Source: Catajapyx aquilonaris
Lineage: Eukaryota
Direction: 5' to 3'
Length of the DNA stretch: 64,000 nt
Assembly (NCBI GenBank): GCA_000934665.2
Contig: KZ538361.1
Location: 1 to 64,000 of the forward strand
Below, piece by piece: positions 62,170-64,000 of the stretch (its first letter is position 1; each line of letters opens with the position of its first letter). The position numbers and the translations under genes are program-made. A model generated the notes under the pieces. That model was given only the letters and a program-made list of their open reading frames with translations, was not told the origin of the DNA and made no database searches.

Positions 62170-64000
62170 CGGGCAAGGTCGCTTCTTCCAAGAGGATGGA
62201 GGGCACCCGTGACCCTCACCCGGATCCGGGTGACAATCCGGCTGAATCAGTTGCAATTGTATAATATGGTGAGAAATTTCCGCTTTTCACCAGACATGCC
62301 GGGGCAGAATTGCAATCCCTACTCTGCCCAGGGCCAGGAGAAAAGGGCTGGTGTTTAAAGAATATCAGAAATGACTACCGCACAGCGCCCTCCCTTGGGA
62401 ACCTCCCCTAAGAGGACCTCGGGCCCTATCACGTTTTTTTTAAATGTTGAGAAAACACTGATGTTGAGGAAGTGATGCGACATATTGCAGTTTTCTTCAT
62501 TTTTTTTTTGTTGACAGAGCGGAGTCGGCGTAGCATGAAGCTAGCGTAACCTTTGCTGGTGCCTACCTTTCATTTCGCGAGATGTCCGCTTTGTTTGCCC
62601 CGTTGCGAAGTCTGTTCAGAAAGATCAAGTAACGCTTGGCAGAGTGCGGATGTGGGGCCCCTCCCGTCTACCAAAATTCGACCTCCAAAATCTCTCCTCT
62701 AACTTTGCTTGGGTCTATGCTCCCATGCACTTGCCGCTTATTCATGTCTAAATGCGAGTCATCACTGAGAAATTGAACAGGCCGGAACGACCTCTACTAA
62801 AAATTATCTAGCTTGTAAAATAAAAATTTCGAAGCTTGAGTTAGGGCTAAAAAAATTTGTTATACCCCTTGCTAGGGCCCTATGCCCTCCTAGGGGAGTG
62901 GAATACCACCATCAGTGCAGGGGACAGGATAGGGATAATGAAGAGGGTGCAATGTTATCAAGTTGAGTTAGGGCTATTTTTTTTTTAAAAAAACGTAACA
63001 ATTGGAAAAATTCATAGTTAAAAATTGTTGTACGGTCTTACTTAATAGTTTGCAAATTTCAAAATTTAATCGTAAATATTGCACTGCAGTACATAATGGT
63101 CGTGCTGTGACGAGACACATTAAGCTAGGTTAGGTCTGTTTAGTTGTCACATCAATCCCTCAAAAAACAACCCCCTTATTTTCTCCAGCAAAAAAAAACA
63201 GGTCACTGGGTCCCCAAACGGACCACAAAAATGCAAAAAAAATGGACCCCTGATGGTCATCAAAATGATCTTTTGGAGAGAGTTGAAAAAAAAGAAGAGT
63301 TGAAGTAGGCATGAGGCAAGCAATTAGGTTGTAGGAGGAGGAGGAGGAGGGCATAAGGCAATTTCTTCTTTCTCGCTCCCAAACATGATACCTCCAGAGT
63401 GACCTCCGGCCGAGTCAAAAAAGGGAATGGGTTATTGTCAGGGCAGCCCCCTCTGAAGAAGTTTCCCCCTGGCCCCTCTCTCCACAACCTCCCCACCTTC
63501 TCTTTTGGCCGAGGCCCCCCTTTGGCGGCCTCTCGAAGGCCTTTGGCGGTGGTCTGGAAGCGCCCCGTCGGCGCGGGAGGCGGAGATACACTGGCACAAC
63601 AGACCACCACCGTCTCGCCACTCACTACGCCCCCTAGGCCCCACTCTCTTCATACCACCCACTCCACCCCACCTTCCCAAATACACACCACATATCCCAA
63701 CAACATCTATCTCGTTTGGACTGACACGCTCACGCCTTTGCCAAGAGCTTGGCTCGTTTTCGCCGCACAGAATGTCAAGGTTTACTTATGGGGTGCTTTT
63801 AGGGTGTTCAGGATACATATTTTTTGGTGGAATTGTGACATTGTGTCAGGTGAAAGTGTAGGGTGTCATTAGCTATGACGTAAATGGCTATTGCTTGAAT
63901 ATGTCCTCGGATATGACCAAAAAAATATATATGAACGATATAGGTGGTAATCCACCCCCCTAAAACCTACCTCTAATGGGGTAAAGCTAAATAAAAAACA

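Noticed and set aside
63260..63872. Several 110-157 aa ORFs in a GC-rich patch
   Set aside because: Low-complexity Pro/Gly/Arg translations in multiple frames with no domain or splice support.

Overview
Eukaryotic (arthropod) genomic DNA with one supportable protein-coding gene, a + strand Distal-less (Dll/Dlx) homeobox gene. It has three coding exons (17962-18253, 32120-32301, 45865-46464) giving about 357 aa, two GT-AG introns of about 13.6-13.9 kb, and the family's conserved intron inside the homeodomain. The rest is a gene-poor regulatory landscape with many non-autonomous mobile elements. These include a ~1.96 kb foldback element and two other GAG...CTC elements with 4-bp AT-rich target duplications (Sola-like), TA-flanked Tc1/mariner/pogo-type MITEs, a hAT element with a perfect 8-bp TSD, and tRNA-derived SINEs carrying V-domain-like and Meta/Ruka-like cores. 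I see no evidence of a new multi-gene system. The best leads are gene-level: a possible CUG-initiated N-terminal extension of Dll, a Q-rich/poly-Ala tract directly after the homeodomain, a splice donor overlapping the stop codon, two identical Exd-Hox consensus sites, and the Sola-like element set. Almost all ORFs in the supplied track look spurious. All family assignments are by recall of motifs, not database searches.
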